Positions 26,046 to 38,428 of a stretch of 64,000 bases of DNA are shown here, in pieces. The notes beneath the pieces were generated by a model. That model was not told the DNA's origin. It saw nothing but the letters and a program-made list of their open reading frames with translations, and ran no database searches. This stretch comes from Amphiscolops sp. MND2022 (taxonomy: Eukaryota): contig OZ076417.1 in assembly GCA_964187785.1 (NCBI GenBank), positions 55,118,001 to 55,182,000 on the forward strand. The letters are read 5' to 3'. Both the position numbers and the translations under genes were made by a program. Numbering within the stretch: the stretch's first letter is position 1; each line of letters starts with the position of its first letter.

Positions 26046-26273
26046 TGGTTCTGGGCACCCTGGTGGTGACGCGCCAATTCGTGGGTGACTCAATCATCTG
26101 CTGGTCCCCCAACGAGTTCAACTCCCAGTGGCAGCAGTATGTGGACGCCTACTGCTGGGTGATGAACACGGAGTACCTGCCCCTAGATAGCCACCACAGC
26201 ATCCTCTTGGACGGTTACGCCCCTCAGCCAATCAAGTACTACCAATGGACCCCCCTCATCCTTTTCGGACAAG
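26046..26273 (+). CDS. Innexin exon 2 (TM1, extracellular loop 1, YYQW)
   Basis: VLGTLVVTRQFVGDSIICWSP...YVDAYCW...KYYQWTPLILFGQ, with two loop-1 cysteines and the YYQW signature; tttcag acceptor, G|GTCAGC donor. Confidence 0.97.
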
Positions 26274-27027
26274 GTCAGCAGCTATTGCAGACGAGATTAC
26301 TACTACTAGGGAACCATAAAAACGGAACGCACAAAAATATTTCACTCTTCAAAATCGTAATATTTGCAAACACGACTCTGAAAGTCTTTCACTTTCTCTG
26401 TCAATCATCATCTCATTACGTAATCAAATATTCAACAAAGAATGATCCCAACCTTCAGGAAAAGTCTAGACGTCTTCACCAGTCATTTCGTTCACACTTC
26501 TGATGTGTGAAAGTTTCGTTGCTTCGCAGAAAAGATGTCAAATCGAATGACTGACAAGCTGAATTACAATGTTCAGAGATGTTTTGAAACATTTGTTGAT
26601 GAATATTTGGAACTTTGAGAACCTAGTAGGTGAACCAAAAATCGGAATCAACAAAAATTGTTGAGCTCTCAAAGCTTTAAATATTCGTAAACAAACATTT
26701 CACAACACCTTTGAACGATGCTGTCAATCGTTCAAATTGGCAACTTTTCATCGAAACAAAAGAAATTCCGCACATCAAAAGTGAAAAAGACCGACTGGTA
26801 CATATGTCTAGACTTTTTCTGGAGATTTGAACCATCCTTAGTTGAAGATCTGATTACGTAACAAGTGTTTCATTTTAAATGATAGACAGAAAATTGATAC
26901 GATTTCAGTGTCTTGTTTGCAATTATAACGATTTCGGAGACGAAAATTTTGTTGTGCTTCCCGTTTTTTTGGTTCACCTAGTATTGTTTTATTTTGACTT
27001 GTTGTTAGGATGTAACGTATTTCTAAG

Positions 27028-27242
27028 TGTGACATACGAAGGTCACAACCCAAAAAGAGAAACAGTGTTGTTGTCAAACAAACTCATAAACAACTGATTT
27101 AGCTACTGCTCTATTTATGTTTAGTAGATACGGTGTAAAAGATACATACTTGACCATTATACATTTGAGATAGATACAATACAGCTGAAGAGATACTACC
27201 GTACCTAACCTGTTTTAAAGCTTAGATTTAGCGATCTTAACA
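27028..27242 (+). repeat. 5' LTR (215 bp)
   Basis: One substitution seen relative to the 3' LTR (gagaaac vs gagcaac). Confidence 0.97.
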
Positions 27243-27326
27243 TGGCGCAGTAAGCAAGATTCCCTTTTACTAAATTTGTCCACCTCTTTTACCCTTCCTA
27301 CCTTACCAACACACAACTACACTAGA

Positions 27327-30300
27327 ATGGCCGTAGCAACCAAGATACAACTACCATATCTAGAAGACACCGGATTAGACGGAAAGAAAATATATACACC
27401 CAAAGAATGGACCGAAAGACTTCGGCATTATATAAAAAGTATCTATAACATCGACATCAAACCGATACTAACGGATGATACGGTACCGACCGGAGACCCG
27501 TGGAATACAAAAGAGCCAGATATCAGACAAGATTTTATCTGGGGTGCCGGACCGTCAGCAATTGAAATCATCACAAAAGGCGAATTCAATACGGACCCAG
27601 ATACAATTACAACCGACAAATTAATACAGCTATTCAAAGAGTATTATATGCCGAAAAGAAATACGTACCATAGCCGCGGAGATTTTTTCTGGGCCAAACA
27701 AGAAGAAAACGAGACACCAGAAGAACACTGGAAAAAGCTGATAACACTTGAAGAGAACTGCGAATTCAAAGATATTAAACAGGAAGACATATTAATATCG
27801 AAATTCATCACGAGTATAACCGATAAAAAACTCCGGGAGAAACTTATCCGAGAGAAGACCCTAAACCTGAAAACCACCGTAGAACTTATCACACAAAACA
27901 GCTATGACCGCCGACACAAACAATCCACCATACCAGCCGCACTTGCAAAAGGTAAAGAAATCAAAGAAGAACCAATACAAAAAATACAACCAAAATTCAA
28001 AACCGATAAATACGGTGATAGAACAACACAAAAGATAAACAACTGCGGATATTGCGGACAACAAAATTGGAACCCACAACATACATGCCCGGCAAAAAAC
28101 GCGAAATGCAACAATTGCCAGAAAATGGGCCACTTCGCACGAGTATGCCGCAGTAAACAAAACAGAAACGACCAAAGAAGAATCAATTACCTGGAAGAAA
28201 CAAGTTCCGAAGAAGAAGAAGAAAGCGAACCAGAAGAAATCCGCCAAATAACACAAATAAACAAAATACTACCCGACAATAATGACCACTACGGTGTCGA
28301 AATGATAATAAACGGAGAAAAGCAAAAATTCGTCATCGACACCGGATCTCCGGTCACCATCATGCCATACGACCAGAAAATACACAAAACAAAAGAAATC
28401 AAACCAATGAAAGAAAGATACCAGGACGTGAACAAAAACGAAATCAAATTCATGGGAAAAACATGGGTAACCGCGGAATACAACGGGGTATCAACCAAAC
28501 TACCGATGCTAATCACCAAAAGAAACGATATCACACCACTACTGGGAGTAAATTGGCTAAAACAACTGCCAATAACAATAAACAAAATCTCATTGAACAA
28601 CAAAACCAACCTATCAGAAAGCGTATACAAAAAATACTACAAACTCTTCAACACCAACCACACGATAAAAGACGCCGAGATCAAAATACAAATAAAACCG
28701 GGATGCTATCCAATTCAACAAAAAGCACGACCGATACCCTACCATTTGCAAGAAGACGTAAAAAACTAACTGAACCGACTAATAGAATCCGGACACTTAG
28801 AAAGACTAGAAACAATGGAAGAAGATTGCTTCGTATCGCCCGTAGTAATTACGGTAAAGAAAGACCAATCCGTCAAAATTGCACTAGACGCCAGAAAATT
28901 GAACGATAGCTGCATAAAGAAAAGACCACACATGCCGAACATGGATGAATTACTCAACCAAATATCCGCGGAACTATCAAAAAACGATATCGACCCAATC
29001 TGGATATCCGTAATAGACCTGGACTATGCATACGGCCAAATGAAACTAGCACCCGATACAAGCAAACACTGCAACTTGGCAATCACGGGAGAAAAAATAA
29101 ATGGATATTACCGTTTCCGAAAAGGATTTTACGGCCCAGCAGACATACCCACAATATTCCAAGAGAAGATAGACCGTACGCTCGGACACGAAACACCCGT
29201 ATGGCTAGATGACATCATAGTGGTCACACGAGGCACAAAAGAAAAACACACCCAAAAATTAGAATCAGTGGTCACAAAACTTGAAAACGAAGGTTACAAG
29301 GCGAGCAAGAAAAAGTCAAAATTTTACCTGAAGGAGACAGTCTGGCTGGGACACACCATTGCCCAGGACGGAATAAGACCGAACAAAGAAAAGACGGAAG
29401 CCATAAACAAACTAAATCCACCAACCAACACAAAAACACTCAAATCCTTTTTGGGGGCGATCCAATATTTTGCAGAATTCATTCCAAACCTATCCGAAAA
29501 AACCGACAACATGAGACAATTACTCAAGAAAAACACGAAATGGGAGTGGACAGAAGAACGAAACACCGATTTCAACAAAATCAAGAAAGAACTAACTTCA
29601 CAACCATGCCTTGCACACTACAACGGAAACAAAGAAAACATTGTAACCACCGACGCTTGCGGTACCGGTCTTGGAATAGCATTATGGCAGAAACAAAGTA
29701 ATGGAGACCTAAAACCAATAGCATTCGCCAGCCGATATCTTAACGACGCAGAAAAAAAATATTCAGTCGGAGAACTAGAACTACTGGCGGTAGTATGGGG
29801 ATTGGAACGGTTCAGATTTCACCTATACGGAAAACAGGTTCAATTATTCTCCGACCACCAAGCCCTGGAACCGCTTTTGAAAAAGAATAAATCAAATAAA
29901 CAATATAGCGCCCGACTAACCCGTTGGCTTGACAGACTCAATCATTTCGACATTACATTGAAATACACTGCAGGAAAAGAAATCAAATTCACGGATTTTA
30001 TCAGTAGAAATCCCACCGAAATAGCGGAACCGGAAGAAAATTACGAAGAAGAATTCGTGATCAACGCCATCGCGCAACTCGCAACGGCAAATTACCGCAT
30101 CGGCCGGATTTTCAACCAATCAAATCACTCCAACACGGCAGTCATGCATGATACGCGACGCACTCAGACTGGTACGCGCTGCAACAAAACAAACAATCAT
30201 TCAAACTTTCAAATGACCGCTAACTACATTAATCACACCGTGACAGACAATTATCATTTGAAATTAGAAAAGAACCAGACAATGGACAACAACAACAATG

Positions 30301-32751
30301 AAGATACACAAGAACCGGAGAGATATCCCAGAGACGAAGAGGGGAGACTAAAATACCATTGGGGCGCGGATGATACAATCATGAAGATCATAAAGAGAAG
30401 AGACAACTCGCCAGAAACCAAAGATTTAGTGAAACAACGGATCGCACTAACAAAACCCGGGAACATGCGCCACCACTACAACAAGAAACTAGAAAGACAA
30501 ATTCTAGTACCAAGAAGACCGGACGAAGAAGAACGAAAAGAAGTAAAACGAATTGATCTCCCACTAAAACGGAAAGAAGAACACCGAATAACTCACATCG
30601 GCGGAGGATATTTCAAAAACTTTGGTGACCAATCGACACAGGAACACCAAGAACACGGCACATCGGCAGAAACACCAATGGAAACCAATAGAGAGACCGA
30701 ATCGACGGTTTCCTCTATCCCCGAAGAACCCGTCACAACCCAAGAACCCGGCGCATACCCGGCTAACCCGGTACAAGAATTCAGAGACGGACCAATCGAG
30801 GAAATCGCGGTACGCTACGTACGCATCAACCGCGTAATAGAAAACAAAGCCACAAGGAACAAAAAGCAAGAAGATAACGTCAGAGCGGCAGAACTAGACT
30901 TCATGCTCGATCTTGAAACTCTAATCAAGGAAACCGCCGCAGACCCGGACTTGATTGAACTACAATGCTGCATCGAAGACAACAATCTCACCCAGGCTCC
31001 AGAAGCCTACAAACCAATCATAAAGAGATTAACTCACCGCTGGGGAATCACCATGGTCGACGACAGAATTATCGTCCCCAAAAGCCTCAGATACGCAGCA
31101 CTGAACGCACTCCACTTTGGACATCCCGGAATCAACAAGATGTGTGGCGATGCAGCCATATTCTGGTGGCCGAACATGCGGGCTGACATTGAGAAAAAAG
31201 CAAAAACCTGCTCTGCCTGCCTAAACGCCGGTAAGAATTTGAAATGTCAAATACCTAGTACCGAAAAAACGAAAATAGAACCGCCAGAAAACCCAGGCGA
31301 AGAAATCCAAATGGATTTCACCGGAAACCTAAATAGTAAACATTTTGAACACTCCCCCTTTATACTAATCGCCGTCGATAGCAATAGCCGATGGCGGTAG
31401 CAAAAATTTGCAAAAATACGAACCATGAATCCGTAATACCAATATCTACGGCGTCCCGAAATCAATTAAAACAGATAAAGGAAGCGCTTTCATATCAAAA
31501 GAATTTAGCAAATATTGTAGTGAAAACAATATTATCCGCAAATACGGTACAGCAAATCTACATACTGGAACGGGATTGGCTGAGAGAACCATCCAATCCA
31601 TGAAGAATCTACTAAAAGCCAATCTAGAGGACGGAACCAATCTTAGAAACAGCCTAGACAAAGCACTATATGTGCTTAGATTTACAACCCATTCCGAACT
31701 ACAAAAAACATCTTTTGAACTCCATTTTGGACGAAAACACAGAACAAAATTAACCAATTTAAAAAATTCTATTTCAGCCGATTCAAAAGACTTGTCCGTG
31801 TACATAACCCGAAGCTCTACGGGCGAAATCACCGACCACTTGGTAATGTCCAAGAAGAAGACGACCGACCCAAAATACAGACGGGGAATGACGTTCTCCC
31901 AGACGAAAAAACCGCCAAATACGGTCAGTACGAATAAGTATCCTTTCTCTTTTTACGAAAAGAACTACAAAACGAATTCTCTGGGCAGCAAATTCAGTAA
32001 CAAACTACAAACAGCTATTTCGGGTACTAAACATACAGTTACCACCGACAAAAATAAAGTAATACACAGAAAACTAATATCCAACCCATTACCATTTCAG
32101 AGCAATACAACACCGACGAAACGGATAACCACTCGACAAACGACTGCAGATCAACCGTCTTGCTCCAAATCAACCGAGCCACAAACAACCTGTGCCTACA
32201 GAAGGAAAGAACCACCAAAGCCGAACAACCACGAAAACAGTGAAGACTGGATCCGCAGGAAAGACCAACCGAGAAATGAGAAGGGACAATTTACCTCCCC
32301 ACAAAAGAATACCGGCAACATGACGGACTTAGACCTGAGCATCGTCTCAGATGACGAATTCAACTGCTACAACAACAGTGAAGGCAGACCAATAAACGTG
32401 AATGTAGACGATGAACTACAAATTCACTCGAAAGAAACGAGACTATCACCGGAGACAGGTATAAACCACGACCACATAATAACTAAACCAACAACACCCG
32501 TAAGAAGGTCTAGAAGATTACCATTTGCAAAACAAACCGATAAACTAGGCGGTATCCCTTACCAAACCAATAATAACCGTAAAAGAAATAAATATAACCA
32601 TAATTTGTTACAGGAAAAACGGACGACACCACCACAAAACAATGAAGAAGAAGAAAACCGTAACATACGGACAAAAGAAGAAGTCGACCGTATTATACGG
32701 GATCAACACTCCAAAACCCCCAAATCACAAACCCACATGAAGAGGGGTTAA
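27327..32751 (+). pseudogene. Disrupted gag-pol polyprotein
   Basis: Zinc knuckle CNNCQKMGHFARVC, protease FVIDTGS, RT PVWLDDII, RNase H TTDACG/DHQAL, integrase H..HPG...C..C, QMDF, KTDKG, GLAER. Premature TAA at 28767-28769, frameshift near 31395 and a deletion or frameshift near 31440. Confidence 0.93.
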
Positions 32752-32966
32752 TGTGACATACGAAGGTCACAACCCAAAAAGAGCAACAGTGTTGTTGTCA
32801 AACAAACTCATAAACAACTGATTTAGCTACTGCTCTATTTATGTTTAGTAGATACGGTGTAAAAGATACATACTTGACCATTATACATTTGAGATAGATA
32901 CAATACAGCTGAAGAGATACTACCGTACCTAACCTGTTTTAAAGCTTAGATTTAGCGATCTTAACA
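32752..32966 (+). repeat. 3' LTR (215 bp)
   Basis: TGTGACATAC...CTTAACA; preceded by ATGAAGAGGGGTTAA and followed by the CTAAG TSD. Confidence 0.97.
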
Positions 32967-34074
32967 CTAAGATCGTCAATTTACCGAATGATCGTTATAT
33001 CAGAACTAATGTTACTCATTCTCTGTATATATCTAATCTAACGTACATTTTGCATTCAAGTATGTAAATATCTACCAACAAAAATTAGAATTATCATTGT
33101 TTTTTAGATCATTTTGATTGACAATTGTTGAACCGAATAATTAGGAATCGGTATTATACCGTAATACACTTATATCTCAGATAACTTCAGATTTTTCAGC
33201 TTTATTTTTTCCGGCTTCATTCGAAGTTTCGCCTGTCTGAAGCATTTTCGCAGGGAATTCTGAAGGAGTTATAGCAGTTTTTCCATGAAAATTCTGTATG
33301 TTGCGTAATCTTTTTCAAAGCACAGTGAAATGCTGCCAGATTTTTGCAAGCTTCAGGGAAGTTTAGCGAGATTTTTCCATGCATGCACTCTGAGTTTTTT
33401 TAAAGTTTCTGTTTCTTTGAAAGTTTCACTGCATGCTTCCATGCAACATGTAAAAAACCTGTACATTAAGCTTGAATGTCGAAATATATGAGCTTTCATT
33501 CACCTATAGTAACCGATGGCGAACTTAATTATTCAATGGGATGGATTCGGGTTTCTTCAGAGCACTTGTATTAACGAGTGGCGGCACGCCGCTCTGCGTT
33601 GCTATGCTTCGCTTGTGTATATAAGGAGAGGCAATTAAAGCGATGGGATGGGAACATGATGAGTACGTTATCATAATTTTTACTTCCATGTTTCAATACT
33701 GGTTATTTACATATCGAAAATTTTGGCACGTGGGATGTTCTGATAAATAAAATTGTTGTTTCAGAAATCTTCCCATTGACTTCGATTTTTCGCTACTTTG
33801 AAGCGGGGAATTCCAGTCACATTCTTTTTGCGATGGAAGTCCTTGCATCTCGGAAGTATAATGAAACAACACGTATAAACTAAAGCGATCAACAAGCAAC
33901 AAAAATAGACAAATCTAAAACAACTAATTCGAGATAGTTAACCAACAACTCTGCCTGTACTGCTTCATAGAGCTGTGGTCTTCACATCCCGGGTTCCCGA
34001 CCAGGCCGATCATAATCTGATCATTTTATGGCACCATACAAATCATACAAATTTCCTTACTATGATCTTGCCAT

Positions 34075-34195
34075 GGTCGGCCTGGAATCATATATGGTCC
34101 AGAGTATGATCGGCCTGGAATCATATATGGTCCAGAGTATGATCAGCCTGGAATCATATTTGGTCCCAGAGTATGATCGGCCTGGAATCATACTG
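34075..34195. repeat. 33-bp minisatellite, about 4 copies
   Basis: Unit GATCGGCCTGGAATCATATATGGTCCAGAGTAT. Confidence 0.9.
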
Positions 34196-34300
34196 TGAGT
34201 ATGATGGCAGAGTATGATTGATCTGTTTTTGTATGGGAGGCAAACCCGGGATTCCACATGGTGAAGTAAACTTTCTTTTTTTTCCGTTTTTCTTCTTCAG

Positions 34301-34460
34301 CCCTGTTCTTCCTGCTGCCCAACTTCATCTGGCAAGCAGCCTACCGTGCCTCTGGAATGGACTTCGAACGGGTGGTCGAGTTTGCCTCCAGATTCGAGAC
34401 CATGATAGATGACGGCGAGTGGAAGGTCACTGTGCACAGACTGGCGAGACACATCGACAG
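34301..34460 (+). CDS. Innexin exon 3 (end of TM2, cytoplasmic loop)
   Basis: Not translated in frame by the ORF track. ALFFLLPNFIWQAAYRASGMDFERVVEFASRFETMIDDGEWKVTVHRLARHID; polypyrimidine acceptor, AG|GTACAT donor, phases consistent. Confidence 0.95.
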
Positions 34461-36280
34461 GTACATGCATGCATCTTTTCCATGCAACTTCAATGTACTT
34501 GATTGTTTTTAAGGTATTTCAATGCTTCTTACAACTCCTGAGTCAACGTGTACTTCCGCAGGGTTCTGTGGAAAAAACAATTTGTTTACCAATCTATTCT
34601 GCGGTATTCGTAAAAGTATACAAAAATTACCTCGTTTTTAGTCGGCGGTTTTAGAAGGAAAAGAACATATTAATACAGTAACTAACTCTTTTTTTAACAG
34701 ATCCTTGCCCAACTTCTTGTTGTTGTTTTAAGCAAGGAAAAAGCGTTTTGCCAGCTTGCTTAGAGAGTCACTATTTGGGTTTTTTCGGCTCTGTGCAGCT
34801 ATTCTCGAAACAAATTTAAATGTTTTTTTGAAATGTTCCCCAAAAATTAGTTTTTTGATGGTGTCAGGTTTGATTTTGAAAGGTGATCTCCCATTTTTTG
34901 GTAGTCTGAGATTGATGAGAAGCATCTGAATAAGTGTCGTTGAGCATAAATGAAGGATCTTATGCAGGGTTATTTCGGCACTGCGAGGAAAACTGTGCGA
35001 GATCTAAAGGGCTTCCAGTGATTCCAAATGTTCTTTCTTTGACTCCTTTGAGTAGTTAACTTCTTCACAAAATTTGAATGAGACGAAAGGGTACCTTGGA
35101 TTTTTTCGGCACTTTCGGGGCAATTTTTTGTCTTTTTTGTATCAGTAAGTTGTCTCTCCTTTGGCTTTTTTGATGTTTCCAGTTACGAGCACAGAGTGTC
35201 ACACTTTTGTGCATTTCTGGAATTGCCACATTGCTTCGAACCAATTCTTAAACAACGTTGGGGTTTTCTTGAATTTTTAATCTGGGAGAGTGTCCAAACT
35301 GCTTCTAGGGTAACACAAGGCGTTCACTGAATTTTTCAATTTTAAACAACAGAATCAACCCCTTTCAATAAGCTTTTTTCGGCACTGCGCGACTTGCTGA
35401 AATATATATTTTTTTTCATTTCACAGCGGGGCGGGGGTCGTTTTTAGAAATCTCAACTGCAATAACTAGTCTTCAGACCAGTGGAGATGTTTCAGGTTTG
35501 AATAATCTGATATGTTGTTTTTTGTTTTTGTCAAACAAGTGAGGGAAGCTCGAAGGTATTTCGACAGCGCTTCTTGTTGGTTTTTGCTTTTTCGTCGGCG
35601 CCTTTGATGGCCGAATAATCAAACGACTTTTTTTCTCCCGACCACAGAGCTCACCTTGAAAGGTCCTTTATTTGGACAGTCTTTGTTCACGCCGCTTAAG
35701 CAGGACGCCGAGTATAGACAGTCACCTCTTGTCTTTCTTCAGCCTTACATCGAGAAGTACTTCTTTGTTTAACTCGTTCATATTTGTTACTGGTTTCATA
35801 CCGTCGGGAGCAAATGTAGAATGCACGAAGTAAAACAAACGGGACCGCACAAAGTGGGAGCGTTGCTTAAAGCTAAAATCGCTACGTCTTTTAATTCTTC
35901 TTTTGGAATTATCAGTGCGGCAATTATCATGAAAACCCAAAATAGCTGTTATAAAAAGTTTGTCGCGCTGGGCCGAGAACCGCAAAACCATGTGCTGTAA
36001 AACATTCAGATTCAACCACACGAACTCCTTGAAAAGGAAATGGAGGACCCTAAGATAACGGGAGGGAGAACGCTATGAATGTTTTTGACGTTTGACACTG
36101 ATTTTGGCATTCGCCATGAAGTGATCACTTTGAATGGACGGAAAAAACACGATGGAAAGTCACTATATTAGTCGCATTTTATTTTATGAAGCCCCAACTA
36201 AAGACTCCGCTCAAAAGTATTTCTCGTAATGGAAAACGTCCGTTTTGTGCAACAAAAAAGCCCGAATCTTACACTGACTT

Positions 36281-36804
36281 TTTTAGTCGGCGCTTTTTGT
36301 TTAGCAAAAAATGCCCGACTCCTACACTGACCTTTTTTAGTCAGCGCTTTTTCCTTTTAAGGAAAAATGCCCGACAATAGCAGTGACCTTTTTTTCTTCA
36401 GACTACAATCCTCACACTGATCGGTCCACTTTTTAGAAACAATCCTGAAACCACCTAAGGCCAAGGCAAACTTAGTCTAAAGGGTCCCCCTTTTCATTTT
36501 TTTTACTTTCTCAAGGAAACCTACAAAGCCGGACGTGCCTATAGGGTCCCGTTTGGATTTTTTTCGGCACTGTGCCACTTTTTTTTCGAAAATTTTTTAC
36601 TGTCCCCAAAGGGTCCACTTCGAGTTTTTAGAAATTTTGCAACAGAATGTGTTAATAAATCCAAAATGGTCCCCCCTTTTCACATTTTTCAGCACTGTGC
36701 GACATTTTTCGGAACAAAAAAAATTACAAGTTTTTTTCCCAAAAAATGTTTTGCGCTTTTTGAGCCTTAGATATTTCGCCGACTTTAGACGTTCTCGTCT
36801 TGTT
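36281..36804 (-). mobile_element. DINE-1/HINE-like dispersed repeat (innexin intron 3)
   Basis: TTTTAGTCGGCGCTTTT ... GACTTTAGACGTTCTCGTCTTGTT; further family fragments continue to about 37913. Confidence 0.75.
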
Positions 36805-38097
36805 CTCCAGACTCACAGGCCTCACACTGAAAGGTCCACTTTCAGAAACTACTAAAACTACCAAGGCCAAGTCCGGCCAGCGCGGAAACTTAGTTCAAAG
36901 GGCCCCCTTTCATTTTTACTTTTTAACGTAACCTACAAAACCGGACGAGACTAAAGGGTCCCCCCTTTCAACTTTTTTTCGGAATTTTTTTAATGTCCTC
37001 AAGGAGTCCCCCTTCGCGTTTTTCATTTTTGATAGTTTGCAACAAAATGAATGTTAAAAAATCCGAAAGGGTCCCCCGTTCAGATTTTTTGGCACTATAT
37101 ATATTCAATATTGTTTTTCAATACTAACTGAAGTTTCGACTTAATATCCGAAGTGAAGCGCTTTTGACGTTTTATCTGAACTATATTGCGTTTTATTAAC
37201 GAGGGGTCGGAGGATCGAAAACATTGAGAGGTCCACTTTTTACCGAATTTCTCTAGACCTTCCTACCCGCCTAGCAAGCAATCTCTGGTGCTTCCGAAAA
37301 GAAAAAGGGCGTGCTCTTGGGTTGTTTTGATTTTCTGCAACAAACTGGATGATAATAAAACCCAAAGAGTCCCACAATCGAGTTGCTGTCCTTCAAATTT
37401 TAAAACAAAGCGTTTTGCAAGCACAGAGAGCTTCTTAGGGTTTTAGGCACTATGTGACTTATAGAAGACACTTATTGAAAAAAAATTGATACCAAAAAAG
37501 CTGAAAAAACACAATTCGGTTTTCTGTTAGATAAATTCGCTTTCCAAGTCTTGAGCGTGACATCTTTGGTTATTTTGTGGTCCTCTGGGACTGATGAGAG
37601 TTTTCTCAATACGTGTGTAAAAGACCTGAACTACGATTTTTCAGCACTATGCAACTTTTTTTGAAAAAAGTTCGGTTCGATCAAAGGGATCACCTCTTTT
37701 TTTTTCAAAGAAATTCTTGGCTTGGAAGAAGCGTTCTGTGAATTAAACAATTGGGTTTTCTGATGTTTCCAGTTAGAAAAACAGTTTTTCGAGTTTTATG
37801 GGTATCTCTTCGGGTATTTTTTGGCTCAATGAAAGTTGGCCCCTCAATATTTCAAACACTTTGCTTTTCTTGAACCTTAAGCGGGGCGTCGACTTGGACC
37901 GTTCCTGGCTTGTTGTCTCTTGTATTGTCTTGGTGGCTTCAAGGGGGTTCTTATCATCGAGGGGGGTTCTCAGTGACCCAGGCCGTCAGAAGTTACTCCG
38001 GAACCTCTGGATAGTTTGAAAACCAGATTAAAACTAACATTAAAGACAGTCTTCTAACAATCAGTTCTAAAGCAACAATGAGAGTGTTCGGTTTCAG

Positions 38098-38428
38098 ATA
38101 CTTGCAACTGCAGAAGGAATACAAGCCGTCAGTGTGTTCACGCTTGTGGGGCTGTCTCTCGGGGCGAATAGTGTTCACGATCAGCCGGAGATACGGCAAC
38201 TTCCTGACGTACGCGTACCCGACCATAAAGATGACCTACATTCTTAACCTGCTCATGCAGTACTACATTCTGACCAAGTGGCTGGGACCTGCCTACATGT
38301 TCTACGGTCTAGATGTCGTGCATTCGTTCCTGGCCCATGGATACAAGAGGGGACTGTCAAATATCTTCCCCAGGGTCACGTGGTGCGAGGTGCCCCGAAG
38401 ATTGGTGGAGAATAATCTACCCTACCAG
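38098..38428 (+). CDS. Innexin exon 4 (TM3, extracellular loop 2)
   Basis: YLQLQKEY...GNFLTYAY...FPRVTWCEVPRRLVENNLPYQ with the innexin FPRVT-x-C motif; ends at a GC donor (CAG|GCATGA). Confidence 0.93.

Larger units (their letters stand above)
27028..32966 (+). mobile_element. Full-length Ty3/Gypsy LTR retrotransposon (Mag-like) in innexin intron 2
   Basis: TG...CA LTRs at 27028-27242 and 32752-32966; TSD CTAAG at 27023-27027 and 32967-32971; PBS TGGCGCAGTAAGCAAG; purine tract before the 3' LTR; domain order gag-PR-RT-RH-IN. Confidence 0.97.

Noticed and set aside
25958-26503. 181-aa ORF as a stand-alone gene
   Set aside because: Only 26046-26273 is innexin exon; the flanks are MITE and intron sequence that happen to be open.
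28767-28769. Programmed stop-codon readthrough between gag and pol
   Set aside because: The TAA lies downstream of the protease, within the RT N-terminus where Glu (GAA) is expected, so it is better read as a nonsense mutation.
27443-31853. Antisense ORFs over the retrotransposon
   Set aside because: Shadows of an A-rich sense ORF; no independent motifs.
23040-33470. Similar segments at about 2390-2600/18250-18470 and about 23090-23220/33325-33460
   Set aside because: Diverged dispersed repeats without definable ends; nothing beyond ordinary TE debris.
35550-36060. GC-richer minus-strand coding-like island in innexin intron 3 (99-aa ORF and an overlapping hydrophobic frame)
   Set aside because: No recognisable domain and no consistent exon structure; possibly a mobile-element relic, but unsupported.
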